Below are positions 63,508-64,000 of a stretch of DNA of 64,000 nt, in pieces. The notes beneath the pieces were generated by a model. The model had not been told where the DNA came from and ran no database searches. It worked only from the letters and a program-made list of their open reading frames with translations. A program made the position numbers and the translations under genes. Location: NCBI RefSeq assembly GCF_001949145.1, contig NW_019091361.1, positions 1,652,866 to 1,716,865 of the forward strand. Direction: 5' to 3'. Every line of letters starts with the position of its first letter. Position 1 is the stretch's first letter. The DNA comes from Acanthaster planci (lineage: Eukaryota).

Positions 63508-64000
63508 CTGCAGAAGAGAGAAACGAACATTCAAAACTGAATTTTACCAATCTCATCAGGTCTTCTGGTTTAAGAAGATCGTTTGAGAAGACCAGTATTT
63601 ATTTTTACTGTTCTTTCCCTTTTGTATTTGTAGAGCCACTGACACGCACCTAACAAAACTGTCTTAATCAAGTTTTAACCCGGAAAAAGGCAAAATTTTG
63701 ACCTTTTTTTCTGACTTTTATAACTGTTACGGAAAGTTTATTCATGTCGAGGGAGGCAGAATGTCACACGTTACAAAATCACCTTTAACCTTAACGGCAT
63801 ATGACCTGCATATGACACGTTACGTGCGTAATTTTTCGCGTGCTGACACTGCATTGATGCAGTCACCTGGGAACGGTCAATCTTGATTGACAACCAATAT
63901 TCGAAGACGCTGCGGACATCCTCTTCTCGTTTGTGCAGACGTAGCGGCGCAAGATGGAGAACTTTACCGTGAATACACGTAATTAAAACATTGTAATCGT

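Noticed and set aside
63515..63572. Minus-strand ctgatga with a weak hairpin
   Set aside because: No intact GAAA core, and it overlaps the branch/acceptor region of gene E exon 5.

Overview
Eukaryotic, intron-containing, repeat-rich DNA. The repeat families and base composition suggest a marine invertebrate, but the taxon cannot be fixed from sequence alone. The window is mostly a tandem/inverted cluster of zinc-dependent medium-chain alcohol dehydrogenase (MDR) genes with a shared 8-exon structure. There are three complete genes (A: 9226-26794 +; C: 33753-40258 -; D: 46871-55960 -), one gene cut by the window end (E: 60157-63507 -, exons 5-8), and two decayed pseudogenes (3288-6955 +; 30200-30502 +). 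The proteins resemble the mainly microbial 6-hydroxyhexanoate-dehydrogenase-like Zn-ADH subfamily more than animal class III ADH. The paralogues differ at the coenzyme-specificity residue (Asp/Glu/Gly) and in the lengths of the substrate-pocket loops. Introns and spacers carry many MITEs and foldback elements, a truncated Penelope-like retroelement with a mutated hammerhead ribozyme, a possible deleted HDV-like ribozyme, a SINE fragment and a decayed zinc-finger ORF. An assembly gap lies at 21008-21520. All exon boundaries and comparisons were made by eye.
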